Shown one piece after another: positions 1 to 11,030 of a stretch of DNA of 64,000 nucleotides. Each line of letters begins with the position of its first letter. Positions within the stretch are counted from its first letter, which is position 1. A program made the position numbers and the translations under genes. The notes under the pieces are model-generated. The model saw only the letters and a list, made by a program, of their open reading frames with translations, did no database searches and was not told the DNA's origin. Source of the DNA: Gracilinanus agilis (Eukaryota). The stretch spans positions 610,831,525 through 610,895,524 of the forward strand of contig NC_058132.1 of the NCBI RefSeq assembly GCF_016433145.1. The letters are read 5' to 3'.

Positions 1-216
1 GGAATATCTGGAGCCATTTGCAAAAACACAGTAGCTGATATTTATGGATTGCCTTTCTCAGAGGAACTCAGAACAATCATACAAAACTTATGTAATTAAA
101 CTTTGTAGAACATTGTAGGAGCAAGATGGAGCAGATATTACTTTGAGTTTCACATAGAAAGGTAGAATGATAACAGAACAAGATATTGGCATTTAGAAAC
201 AAAAAGGCCTTTAGTG

Positions 217-412
217 ATCATAAATTTAGACCTGGAAAGGACTTCAGAGATCATCTAGTCCAACACCTTTATTTCTTAGATGAAGAAACTGAGCCCAGAG
301 ACATCCATTTGACTTTTCCGAGAGATTAGGTAACTTGCTCAAGGTCACACAGGTAGTAAATAGCAAAGATTATCTAGTCCAATCTCACTGTTTTACAGGT
401 GAGGAAACTGAA
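217..412 (-). mobile_element. MIR/CORE-SINE fragments
   Basis: Contains gatgaagaaactgagcccagag, gtaacttgctcaaggtcacacag and ttttacaggtgaggaaactga, typical of the antisense CORE domain. Confidence 0.8.
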
Positions 413-560
413 GATCATGGTTAGAATAAAAGCCAATGGAAGATTTAGGAAGAGAACTTAAGACTTTTACAATCTATTCTTCCCTCTCCCTACCTCCATC
501 CCTAGTCCTCTCATTAAATTATTTTCTATTTGCTGAAATGTACTACAGGCCATATTTTCT

Positions 561-758
561 TTCAGGTTTTTTTTGCATTTTTTTAACCCTTAACTTCTGT
601 GTATTGGCTCCTTGGTGGAAGAGTGGTAAGGGTGGGCAATGGGGGTCAAGTGACTTGCCCAGGGTCACACAGCTGGGAAGTGTCTGAGGCCAGATTTGAA
701 CCTAAGACCTCCCGTCTCTAGGCCTGACTCTCAATCCACTGAGCTACCCAACTGCCCC
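561..758 (-). mobile_element. Full-length SINE1_Mdo-type SINE with 17-bp TSD
   Basis: Reverse strand starts GGGGCAGTTGGGTAGCTCAGTGG with tRNA-like A/B boxes and ends in an A-rich tail. TSD tacaggccatattttct at 544-560 and 759-775. Confidence 0.92.
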
Positions 759-988
759 TACAGGCCATATTTTCTGATTAACTCATGTTCTAATATTTTA
801 ATGCCTTAGCATTTCCTTGAAACTATAATAATTGATATGAGTAATTTTAAAATACAGTGATCATCCAAGTGATTCTCCAAGCCATCTTCAGAGAGGCAAA
901 ATCAGTTATGGAAGCCTTAGTCTATACTTTGCCTTTCATGTGTCCATTCTTTTTTTAGCTAAGACTTTGTACAATGTTTTGGAAGCAA

Positions 989-1165
989 GGGCAACCAAGT
1001 GTCATGGTGGATAGAGTAAGTAAGCCTGGAATGTGAAGGACTCAGTTCAAATCTGAACTTAGACATTTAATAGCTATGTAACTCTGAAGGTCATTTAACC
1101 TGTGTTTGCCTAGCCCTTGCCCTTCCATCTTGGAATTGTTACTAAAAGAGAAAATAAGGTGTTTC
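989..1165 (+). mobile_element. Older marsupial CORE-SINE (SINE1_Mdo-related tail)
   Basis: gggcaacc head, agttcaaatctg B-box, tail gcctagcccttgcccttcc...gttactaa. Confidence 0.7.
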
Positions 1166-1467
1166 GGGTTTTTTGTACTAGATGAAAAGTTTAAGGAATT
1201 ATCAGTTCCATTCATCTTTACACTCCTCCCCTTGTAAAGATAGGAACTGTACCACTAGATAGATGTAGATATGTTATAGATATATATGTATATATATATA
1301 TACTGAAATATCTCTATATCTATAAGATAGAGAGATAAATATATCTTAAAGCTCAGAGTAGCTATAAGAAGTGATTGGATCTATTCTCCTTTTTCTTGGT
1401 AAAGCTTTTTGCTTGAGCCACACTTGGAAAATTAGCATTTCTTCTGTTTTTAGAAATAGCACACTCG

Positions 1468-1650
1468 TAGATCTAGAAGGACCTCCAGAGACCATCTAGT
1501 TTAAATCAGTTACTTTTTACAGATGAGAAAACTGAGGTCTGTGAATGTTGTGTCTTAGCCAAGTTCTCTCACAAAGGATTATGTGATGGTGGTGGGGTTT
1601 TAAATTGAATCCTCTGACCCCTGAGCCAGTCTCTTTACATTGCATTAAAC
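1468..1650 (-). mobile_element. MIR-type SINE
   Basis: tagaaggacctccagagaccatctagt...ttttacagatgagaaaactgagg. Confidence 0.75.
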
Positions 1651-1889
1651 TGCTAGATCTCCAAGAGAAAGATCCTACCTCTTTCCTTGGTGATAGTCAC
1701 CAGTTATATTGAATAGCTATACAAAATATACTTCCTGATGGAAGTATTCAGCAAACAGCTAGTCAATCTAATTCCTTCGAGATAAGATTTATTCCCATTT
1801 CCTCTTATTCTGGGCCCCTGTGGAGATGGAAAACAGTTGATCACTATTCTCCATATAATAAACCTTCATACTGAGAGACTTACTGAGTT

Positions 1890-2025
1890 ACAGCTCTGTC
1901 TTCTCATTCCAGATTAAATAATTCAATCCCTTTAACCTTTCCTCAGAGGTCCTATTTGCCAGCCTTTAGTTTAATCATTTTCATTGCTCCCCTCTGGGCC
2001 CTCTCCAAGGACTCCACATCAAAAT
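1890..2025 (-). mobile_element. L3/CR1 LINE 3' fragment
   Basis: cttctcattccagattaaataa...tttaacctttcctcagaggtcc...ctctgggccctctccaag resembles antisense CR1/L3 ORF2. Confidence 0.6.
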
Positions 2026-3289
2026 ATGTTGCTTTTGTAATGCAGTTTATTCTCCTAAGCAACTTCCCCTGATGTAGGGGCTTGGATAGAGGGAAGAAAA
2101 TAGAATTATTCTTACTCGAAAGGAAATCATTCCTAGAACCAGGGGTAACTGAAATTCAACAAAGGTATGTCTTAGAACTCTAAAATAATAATACATTGGT
2201 GGAGAATGAGTATTTAGTCAAAAATGATTGTGGTATTTGCAAATGAAAGTGTGTGCTAGCTGCACAACATCCTTATCCCATTGGTTGTTCTACAGGACAA
2301 ATATCTAAATAACTTTTAATGAGATAAAATCATCAAATTCCAATAAGTAGTACGTAACTATGTAATGTGGTGAGACCAGAATGTTCTCTGAAGGAAACTA
2401 ACAAAATTAATGAGATTATTGAGAATTTTCCTGTTACTTAAACATGCTTCTGCTGTGAAGGGGGCAATGGAGTCTTCCCTACCAGAGGGATCATACTGTG
2501 ACCAGTTGAGACTAGTGTCATGCAAAGGAACTTCCTGGCACATCACTGCCATCATCAATTAATATTTCCTAAGCACCAAATGAGAAGGTTCTAAATGGCA
2601 CTCAAAATATGATGTATAGAGGTTAGTCAAATAAAGACAGATCTCTCTATGATCTCTTTGGTTATGACTATAGAAAAGGGAAGATATAGAAAGAGAGAAA
2701 ATTCTCCAGATGTATCCAAATGTACAAGGAGTAATTTGAAAAAAAAAACAACTTTCTTTTTTGAGACTGACTCCCCTCCCTTACTTCCATTTGGATTTTG
2801 AAAATGAAAAGCTCCAAAAAATTGTCAAGATTTTATGATTTTATCTTACAGATTCCCCTAACCTCTGATGAATTGGAGAAAAGATTTATGGAACCATAAT
2901 TGACCCTTTGGTTGAATCAATTGGGTTGTGAAGCCATGATGGGATTTTTTTTCCCCAATTTTCATCCCCTCTCAAACCATCTCCCCACATCCATGGGAAA
3001 GTTATGGGTTTATATATGAGGTGATTGTATAAGAACTAATCCTCCTTTAGGATGACTTCAAGAAACCAAGTCAAATCCAATCAGCTAGCTTTATTCTAAA
3101 ACTCATTTCAGTTTTCATTAGGTCCTTTGGCTTCTAAGTAGAACTGCTTTGGCTAGGAAATGTCTATTGACAACGGACATGGAGATGCCGAAAGGCCTTG
3201 TGCCAAAGGCCATGAAGAGACTTGAGAGACTTAATTCTGGACCCAGCTCAATGGTCTGGTTTACTGTTTCACCTTAGATGCTTTTAGAA

Positions 3290-3480
3290 CAGGGGTTCTT
3301 GACTCTTGTTTGTCATGGAACCCTCTGGAACACTGGCAAAACTTATGGACCCCTTCTCAGCATGATAACTTTAGTGTGCAAGTGAAATACCAAGCATTAC
3401 AAAGGAAACCAATTATAATGAAATATAGTTATCAAAATGTTAATATAAACAAGTTCAAAGCCCCATGCCAAGAACTTTTG
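3290..3480 (+). mobile_element. hAT-Charlie non-autonomous element (Charlie1-like)
   Basis: Left TIR caggggttctt; internal tatggaccccttctcag and attacaaaggaaaccaattat; decayed right TIR aagaacttttg. Confidence 0.7.
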
Positions 3481-4149
3481 CTTTAAAGTTGATTGAGTTC
3501 TGCAATTGCCTCCATCAAGTGCTTCCAACATGAATCTCAGAGCCAGGACACCACTCTGCTTTATGTACTTGTCCTCCAGAGAGAAGGAAAGAAACATGAA
3601 TACAGATATAATGTACACAGATAGATAATTCACCTCCACAGAACAAAACCAAACTAACATAATAAGTGACAGATGCTATAGTTGTTAACCAGGCATTAAT
3701 AATATGTTTTATTAGTTTAGTAATCTTAAAAAATTTTAAGTCATAGGTTTGGTTTTCAAGTGGAACTATAGTGTCTGATCTGAGTTCTGCAGGGGCAAAA
3801 TGTCCTATTATAAATTAATTGCAACAAATGAGATATTTAAGAAGGGAAGCATGTTTGTATTGATATACATTGCCAAATTCTTGTGTCATGTAGATAGCAA
3901 ATTACTGTTAGTGCCTACTTTAGAAGGGTTAGGGTTAGGAATGCAATTATATTCCCTACTACACCTAATTAATGCTTCCATAATGGTATTTCTGATATTC
4001 CCAGTTATTTCAAAGCATCAGCAATCTGGCCCATTCCCACTCAATTACTTAACAACTTGGGAAACAATGCTACTTTTGTTTCATTTAGATATGAAACACA
4101 TCATTGACTTAGCATATGTATATAAGTGTTTGTGCATATATAGGGGAAA

Positions 4150-5160
4150 GAAGTGACAGAGGATTCTAAAGAATGAAAGATATGGAGATGGGGAGGAAGG
4201 AAAGGATGAGGGGGGTAGGAGTGAGGGAGAGAGGAAAGGAAAGAGATAGAAAGGGAAAGGCAAGGGAAAGTGAATGAGTGGGGTAGAGGGAGGAAGGAAG
4301 AAATGAGAAGGGACAGAGAAAAAGAGAGAAGGAGGAGGAACAAAGAAGAGAGAAGAGGAAAGAGAAAGATGTAGCATAAGAGTGAAGGAGAGAGAGAAAG
4401 AGGGGAGAGTGGAGAACAGGAATAAGGAAGGAAGAGAATGGAGTGAAAGGTGAAACAAGCAAAGAAAGGAGAGAGAAGGGAAAGTGAGGGAAGGAAAGAG
4501 AGAAGAGAGGGACCAAAAAAGGAAGAGAAGGGAAGAAAGAAGAGAAAGAGATAAGAAAAGAGTAAAGGAGAGAGAGAAGAGAAGAGAGGAAAGCAGGAAT
4601 AAGGAAAGGAGAGAATGGAAGAAAAGGAGAAACAGAAGAGAAGAAGAGAGAAGAGGAGAGAGGGAAGGAGAGAGGAGAAAGAACAAGGAAGGGAAAGAGA
4701 AAGAGTTAACAAAAGAATGAGGGGGTTATAGAGGGAGAACAGAGGGAAGGAGAGAGGGGAACTGGGAATAAGGTAGGAAAAGTATGGAAGGAGACAAGGG
4801 GAAAACAGAGAATGGGATAGAGAAAGAAGAAGATAGAGGAGAGCAGGGCAACTAGGTGGCTCAGTAGATTGAGAGACCAAAGTCATGGATTCAAATCTGG
4901 ATTCAGACATTTCCTAGCTGTGTAACCCTGGGCAAGTCATTTAACCTTTATTGCATAGCCCTTACTACTCTTCTGCCTTGGAACCATTACACAGTATTAA
5001 TTCAAAGAAGGTATGGGTTAAAAAAAAAGGAGAGAGAGGAGAGGAAATAAGGAAGAGACAAAGGAGAGAGGGAACAAAGAAGGGAGACAGTGGATGAAAG
5101 AGGAGGAGAGACAGAGAAGAAGAGAGAGAAGAGGGGAGAGAGAAAGTGAAATTGGAGAAT
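4150..5160. repeat. ~1-kb GA-rich polypurine low-complexity tract, interrupted by a SINE
   Basis: Almost only A and G on the + strand; source of the spurious S/L/F-rich and E/R/K-rich ORFs. Confidence 0.95.
4845..5028 (+). mobile_element. SINE1_Mdo-type SINE with internal deletion
   Basis: gggcaactaggtggctcagtagattgag...ggattcaaatctgg...cccttactactcttctgccttggaacc, followed by an A tail. Confidence 0.85.
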
Positions 5161-5889
5161 CTTAAAAGATCCATACATAAAGGAATAGATTATAGTTTCA
5201 GGAAGGCTTTTACAAATGCAAGAAAATAAAATCTATGCTGATTTGAACAGCCATTTTTGGTGGTCATTCTGCTCAAATAAATAAATAAATAAGCAAAAAT
5301 TCATAGCCAAGAGATTAAAGGAACTCCATTTATAAAAATCAAATGAACCACTAACAATTCCTGTTTGAGATATGAATAAATCATTCGCCATGAATTATTC
5401 ATCATTATCAAGAAACATGCTGGGAATTCCAGGAACTGGGCTCAAAAAGGTACTATAACCCAGGAGATAAGGAGGTGGGGGCTTGAGAAGGTTCATTGTC
5501 TTGTATTCACACTGGAGACTGAGAAGACAAACCAGATGGAGGTATCAGTCATTTGATAAAGATAGTCACACTAGCCCTATTCTCCCATTTATAACTAAGT
5601 CTCTAGTGGTCTTCATAACTGGCAAAGAGAGCCAGAATAGCTATCCATAGAATTCTAATTCAGCAAACTCCATGTGCCAAAGAGGTCTGCAATCAGCCCC
5701 TTAAGAACAAAGGAAAGAAAAGGAAATAAAGAAAACATGTCTATCCAGCCAGTGGTAGTATTGGGTAAAAAGTGGTTGTAGTTGAATGTGCGATAGGATG
5801 ACTAGAGATTTCCCAGATGATGAGCTACTCCATAGAGTGGCTTGCCTCTGACCTTCTCATACATGGCTTTGTTTTTCCCCTTCCCACTT

Positions 5890-5922
5890 TCATTAATTAA
5901 TCTATTTCTGTATGTATTCCAG
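5890..5922 (+). promoter_or_regulatory. 3' splice site of the last VWC2L intron
   Basis: TTAAT branch-like motifs, a pyrimidine-rich tract tctatttctgtatgtattcc, then AG immediately before the coding exon. Confidence 0.85.
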
Positions 5923-6071
5923 GTCCAAACTGCTTTGCAGGAACCACAATAATTCCGGCTGGCATTGAAGTGAAAGTGGATGAATGTAACATCTGTCACT
6001 GTCACAACGGGGACTGGTGGAAGCCAGCTCAGTGTTCAAAACGTGAATGCCAAGGCAAGCTGACTGTTTAA
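5923..6071 (+). CDS. VWC2L: Terminal coding exon of von Willebrand factor C domain-containing protein 2-like (Brorin-like)
   Basis: Acceptor ...gtattccAG at 5921-5922 (phase 1). Manual translation gives (G)[48 protein letters not shown], with TAA at 6069-6071. It has the VWC cysteine pattern (CxxCxC) and matches my recollection of the human VWC2L C-terminus almost residue for residue. Confidence 0.95.
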
Positions 6072-7327
6072 AGCAGAATCCCAACCAATGACAAGTCCAT
6101 AAAATGAAAAAAAAAATGTTATGGCTTCTACACTGCACATGTTTAAAACAAAACAAAACAAAAACTCCTGCCAACTACAAACGGGTCACCAGCAAAACCT
6201 TTTAGGGTTGACAAAAGTGAATATTTTACTAAGAGGAAATTTCTCTCTTTCTCTCTCTTGCTATTCCGAATATATACAGTATATCGCTATGTAACCCGCT
6301 TTCATAAGTCTCAATGCTTGATGGTGACACAACGACGGGATTTTTGAATCAGAAAGGAAGTACCATCCCTTCACAGACGCCTTTGCTGGTGATGCCTCTG
6401 ACCTGCCAATTTACCTTCAGATGTTTAACTCCTTTTTACTCTTCTGTACATCCAACTTGGCATTTTCCTATTGCGGGTTCCCTCCCTTTTTAGAATCCAG
6501 GGGACCAGATTCTATAGAATGAAAAAAAAAAAAGTTTTCAGCTGAGCCAAAATGCTGAGATAAAGGAATGCCTAAATAGTGAGCATATTTACTAACTAGG
6601 AGCACACCAAGACTCAGATTAATCAAACCACCCAAGTCAATCATGTTCATGTCCTGTGATAGGAAAAGAGAAACAAACACAGAGAGGAGGCGCTGAGGAG
6701 CAGGGTAGGGACTGAGTGCTTTCCCCACCTGGTGATGCCTCACACACTGAGGTTTCAAGAGTAAGACCTTGAAACCACCAACCCAAACCTAAGGTGGGAA
6801 GGAAAATCTGGACCCGATTACAGCCATGGCAAAGAAACAGGGTTCCACTTGAAAGATTTTTTTAAAAAAATACTGCATTAGCCACCAGACTTCATCATAC
6901 TGCTGTACTGAGTTTGGACTGTCCCAAACACACTCAAATAAACATAACACTGTCATCTGGCAATAGAACTCTGAGAGCCAAGTTGAACAGTCCCACTGTG
7001 AATCTGAATTGTTCTGAACAGCCTTGGCTCTGGAGGCCAGATTTGGTTGAAAGCCAGGAGGTCACCGAGATTTCCTGGACTGAGCCTGTATTTATCATGT
7101 TACAGTTAACATCCTCTCAGCCCTATGTCGAAAAAGACAAGATTCAGGACACTCTTTCCACCTCAAGTGCTGATTTAAATTAGTGATTAGGGTAGAGATT
7201 AGGGTGAGACTTGCACAATAAATTTTATGAGTTGACCATTTAAAGATATGTGTGTATGTGTGCATATACATGGGTACAAATGTACACGTGTTATAACATA
7301 CGCACATGTATATACATATAGATATTT

Positions 7328-7333
7328 AATAAA
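7328..7333 (+). terminator. Candidate proximal polyadenylation signal
   Basis: AATAAA within the putative UTR. Confidence 0.35.
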
Positions 7334-8228
7334 ACAGTGAACCTTTGCAAGGTCTCAAGCTTGCCCTGGCAATGCTGCTAGTACAGTAACAGAAAAAATA
7401 CACAGGGTATCCTAAGACCATCTTGATTCAAGTGTAGAATAGAAACTCCGAAGCCAGGCAACATGACTTGTTGCTAATTTCACTCTCTGGTCCTGAGGAC
7501 ACTGAAGCAAACACCATTTGATCCTTTGGGAAATTCTAAGATTGCCTCCAGTTCAGCTTTTCTTTCTTTCCTCTTCCTGTTCTCATGGTAATCTGGACCT
7601 TACAGAGGGAGAGTCCAAATCTGGAATTCAACCAACCCAGCTGGGCTGCTGCCTGGAAAAAAAAGAGGGTCTCCCACCAAAGCTTCAGTCCTGTGCATGC
7701 TGCCTCTGTCTCACTCCTCAGACCTTTGGGGACCTGAATCATCCCTCAGATGTCCTGAAGGTTAGATTTCCCCCATGGATAGCCCTCCTATTGCCACTGA
7801 CCCAACCTCAGGATACATATTTCTGCCATCCCCGTGTGCCCATTTTTCATTTTAAATTGCCAAGCTTTCCTCCCTGAAAACACCTAATGCCCTCAAGAGA
7901 AAAAGAGTTGTCATGCCTAAAATGAATGCATCAGGGATCTAACCCCAACATTCTTTTCATGGTATAGCTTCGGTTGCACTGAAGCAGGCCAATGCCGCCT
8001 TCCTTTACGATGCCAATTTGCAGGGAAGCTAGTGCCTTTCGGTTGCCACCATGGATATATCATATAGACAGTCATGAATCATTCATGAACAATTCGGCAT
8101 GATTTATCCCTCCACTCAAAAGAGAAGGCATTCCACAATGTCAGCTCACAGATAGACAGAGATGTACGATACTGTTTCCTTTGCGTGGAGGTTGTCTGCT
8201 GCCAGCTTCAAAAATCTACATTCTTTGA

Positions 8229-8248
8229 AATAAAATAATAATAATAAA
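8229..8248 (+). terminator. Candidate middle polyadenylation signals
   Basis: AATAAA at 8229-8234 and 8243-8248. Confidence 0.35.
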
Positions 8249-9001
8249 TGACAGGAATAAGGTTTGAAACACAAAGAATATCATGAAGAGAGCCATGTAG
8301 CTTAGTGCTCCGTCTATTATTAAGGAGCTGTGATGTCCTTTATGGGGAACAGAAAAGGGGAAATGCAATCGGGAAGCTGAGATAGAGTCATTTCACATCA
8401 AAGGATAGGCACAGTGAGAGTCACAGCAAGAATTTACTAGAGTGGAGTATAACATCAGTCAAGAAGCTCTTCAGGGAGTAGTTACATATATATTGCTGAA
8501 AGAGAACTGCCTTCACGTTGATTAGCTGCCAGAAAGAGTCTCCCTGACCCCATCCCATCTCAGGGGTTTCTGCTGTTTCCCTTAAGACTTTGTAGAGCTG
8601 ACATGGGGTTGGTTTTGGGGGGTTCCCCTTTCCCACCCAACTCCACTCCCAACCTTTAGGGAGATGTGAGCCTCTACTGTAATAATTTCTCAGAAACCCA
8701 TTACATTCTATAGTTTTCTTCTCAACAGGCCATTGAGATCTTCTTGCCAAACCCTGAACAATAAGACTGTTTATAGTTGTGTTGGTCATTTCTGTTTTAA
8801 GGCTTTGTTTGTGGACCACCATTCCTCTCCCTCCTCTGCCCGCTCCTCACTCCTGTTCCTCCCTCCTCTTTTGGTTTCTAGGCTTTCAGTCTAACCATGT
8901 GGAAGTTTGGGATCAACAGCCTGCTTGTCAGCTGATGTTGGTTAATAAGGACCCAATTTCTAAAATTTTTGAACAATAGTGTGCCTGAAAACTAGTGAAG
9001 A

Positions 9002-9149
9002 NNNNNNNNNNNNNNNNNNNNNNNNNNNNNNNNNNNNNNNNNNNNNNNNNNNNNNNNNNNNNNNNNNNNNNNNNNNNNNNNNNNNNNNNNNNNNNNNNNN
9101 NNNNNNNNNNNNNNNNNNNNNNNNNNNNNNNNNNNNNNNNNNNNNNNNN
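9002..9149. other. Assembly gap (148 N)
   Basis: N run inside the putative UTR. Confidence 1.
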
Positions 9150-9324
9150 CCCAGGTTTTCTCATTTCCCCTCTGCCCCGTTACAGTTAGTTATTCAACAC
9201 CAAACATCAGATGGTTTCCATCTCTGGAGAGTGCATGTCACACTGAGGCAAGAATCATTTAAAACTAGTTATTATTTCAGGGTGCTTTTAAAAAAATGGC
9301 ATGTTGGCTTTTCTTTTTCTTTTT

Positions 9325-9330
9325 AATAAA
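9325..9330 (+). terminator. Candidate distal polyadenylation signal
   Basis: AATAAA preceded by a U-rich tract, near the end of the transposon-free block. Confidence 0.45.
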
Positions 9331-9619
9331 CTAGGCTTGCACTATGACTCATGAATCCTAAAGCAGTCCCTAGCAAAGCTCTAGGAGAAAATCATACCTT
9401 AGTATGCCAATGAAACTTCTATCTCACGAATGTAGGTATTCCCTCCAATGAAGCACCCATCTATGCTTGTGTACCCAGTATGACTCTTGTCCTTGTCCTC
9501 CCAATAAGTACACCACAGGCAATCTACCCAATGAGCTGGGGCCTTGCTGAATCATAGATGGAAGAAACTGAAGAGGTCTTTCTTCATAAGGTCTCTCTTG
9601 TGTAGAGGTCATCTAGATT

Positions 9620-9775
9620 CTAGACGTAGGATTTAGAACTGGGAGGGACCTCAGAGATGCTTTGGTTCAACTCTCTCATTTGGCCAATGAGGAACAACTG
9701 AAAATTCAACAAGGTTATTAAGTGATTTTTGTCCAAGGTTATCTGGCTAGTAAGGGGCAGCAGAACCTGGTCTCT
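9620..9775 (-). mobile_element. MIR-type SINE
   Basis: ttagaactgggagggacctcagagat...aatgaggaacaactga...gtccaaggttatc. Confidence 0.7.
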
Positions 9776-10641
9776 GTCCATGTGCTTATGCAATATTGGT
9801 GAGGGGAATGAATCCCCAATCATGCACTCCTGCACAATGCCACTTCCCAGAGACGTCATACCCAGGGATCACTCCCAGATGCATTAGCCTTGCTTGGCCA
9901 GAGAAGGTAATATTTACACTCCTCACTATTTTTGGTTCTTCAACTGTTGACATCTTACCCCATTTCAGAGACAGAATTTTTTTATTCCAGTGATTGTTGA
10001 AGAAGACTGGTGCCTGCAAATAGATGCTGACTGTTGTAGGAACTAGACACGAAGCCTTTTTCAGCATGATAGAACCAGTCAGACAGCCCTTGAATTTCCC
10101 TGGCATCATCTTCAAGAACCCACAGTCACTTCTATGCCTAGTTGAGGCATTGGAGTAGGATTTTGCAGGTGAAATAAACCTGGAAGTTTTTCAATGCAAA
10201 AATAGACTACTGTCATTATTTTAAATTTTTACTTTCTACCCCTCCCTCCTAAGGTGAGTGGATGAGGGAGGGGGTGCTTTCGAGAAAAAAAATGTTTCAT
10301 TCCAGAAAAAGCCAAGTTCAGTCAAATTAACTGTCCAATCTGTCTCTTCTTGTTTGGGGTTTATGATGAAAACTGTTTCATGGAAGGGAGTCTGAATAAA
10401 GGAAAACTACCATCATATTTCCAAAGGAAAAAAGGCAGGTATAACCAGTATTCAAATTTGGTTTGCACTTCAACTTCATTGGAATATATAAATTCTACCA
10501 TATGTAGTCCTTTGCTTTGTTTTTCTTGAGCCTTCTTTCTAAAAGCCTAAACTCAGAGGATTTATAATAGGAAAAGTTAAATAATCCCAGCAATGAATTA
10601 AAATGAGAAGGGGCAGGTTTCTAAAAAATGCATTAACCCAT

Positions 10642-11030
10642 CTGGAGAAAACAGTCACTATTCCCTTTATTGAAACAAAACTGGAACATTCTTTTTTCTT
10701 AAAGAAACAGAAGCTATTATTTTTTGTTCAATTCAAATGGGAGACTTTAAATCCAGTGTCCCTAGCCACAAGGGACCAGTTCCTTCCACTGAGAAGTAAA
10801 CAGTGGGAACTCAAATTTGAAAACATTTGGGCAAGGGTTGAATTGGCTTTCTGTTAATTGGCTAATATAATAGTCCAGTGGGGCTGTGTTTTTGTTGGGA
10901 TGTGGTATATTCTATGTAAATGGATATGGAGCCAAGAGTCTCCACTCAGTTCATAAAGTTCAGAAAAGATGGTTGGCAAAATCTTGATTTTGTTCATTTA
11001 TCTCAATAAAAGCCCACTGGAACTCCAAAA
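10642..11030 (+). pseudogene. Probable L1-mediated retrocopy of an mRNA 3' end (parent unknown)
   Basis: 19-bp direct repeat aaaaaatgcattaacccat at 10623-10641 and 11031-11049; AATAAA at 11005-11010, 16 nt before an A run; L1 endonuclease-like site (ttct|aaaaaa); interior not recognised as a transposon. Confidence 0.6.

Larger units (their letters stand above)
6072..9350 (+). other. VWC2L: Putative long VWC2L 3' UTR
   Basis: Follows the stop codon; no recognisable SINE or LINE for about 3.3 kb, unlike the flanks; retains CpGs; contains several AATAAA. The 3' end is inferred. Confidence 0.6.

Noticed and set aside
4081-4910. Long ORFs of 201, 269, 116 and 78 aa
   Set aside because: Translations of the GA-rich low-complexity tract; no splice or codon support.
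6060-6068. C-terminal LTV resembling a PDZ-binding motif
   Set aside because: VWC2L is secreted, so a cytosolic PDZ interaction is implausible.
7245-7325. Alternating purine-pyrimidine, quasi-palindromic tract (possible pre-miRNA or Z-DNA)
   Set aside because: Decayed TA/TG/CA microsatellite; self-complementarity is expected from its composition.
8928-9326. ORFs containing X runs (also at 27080-27673 and 39103-39617)
   Set aside because: Artefacts of reading through N gaps and microsatellites.
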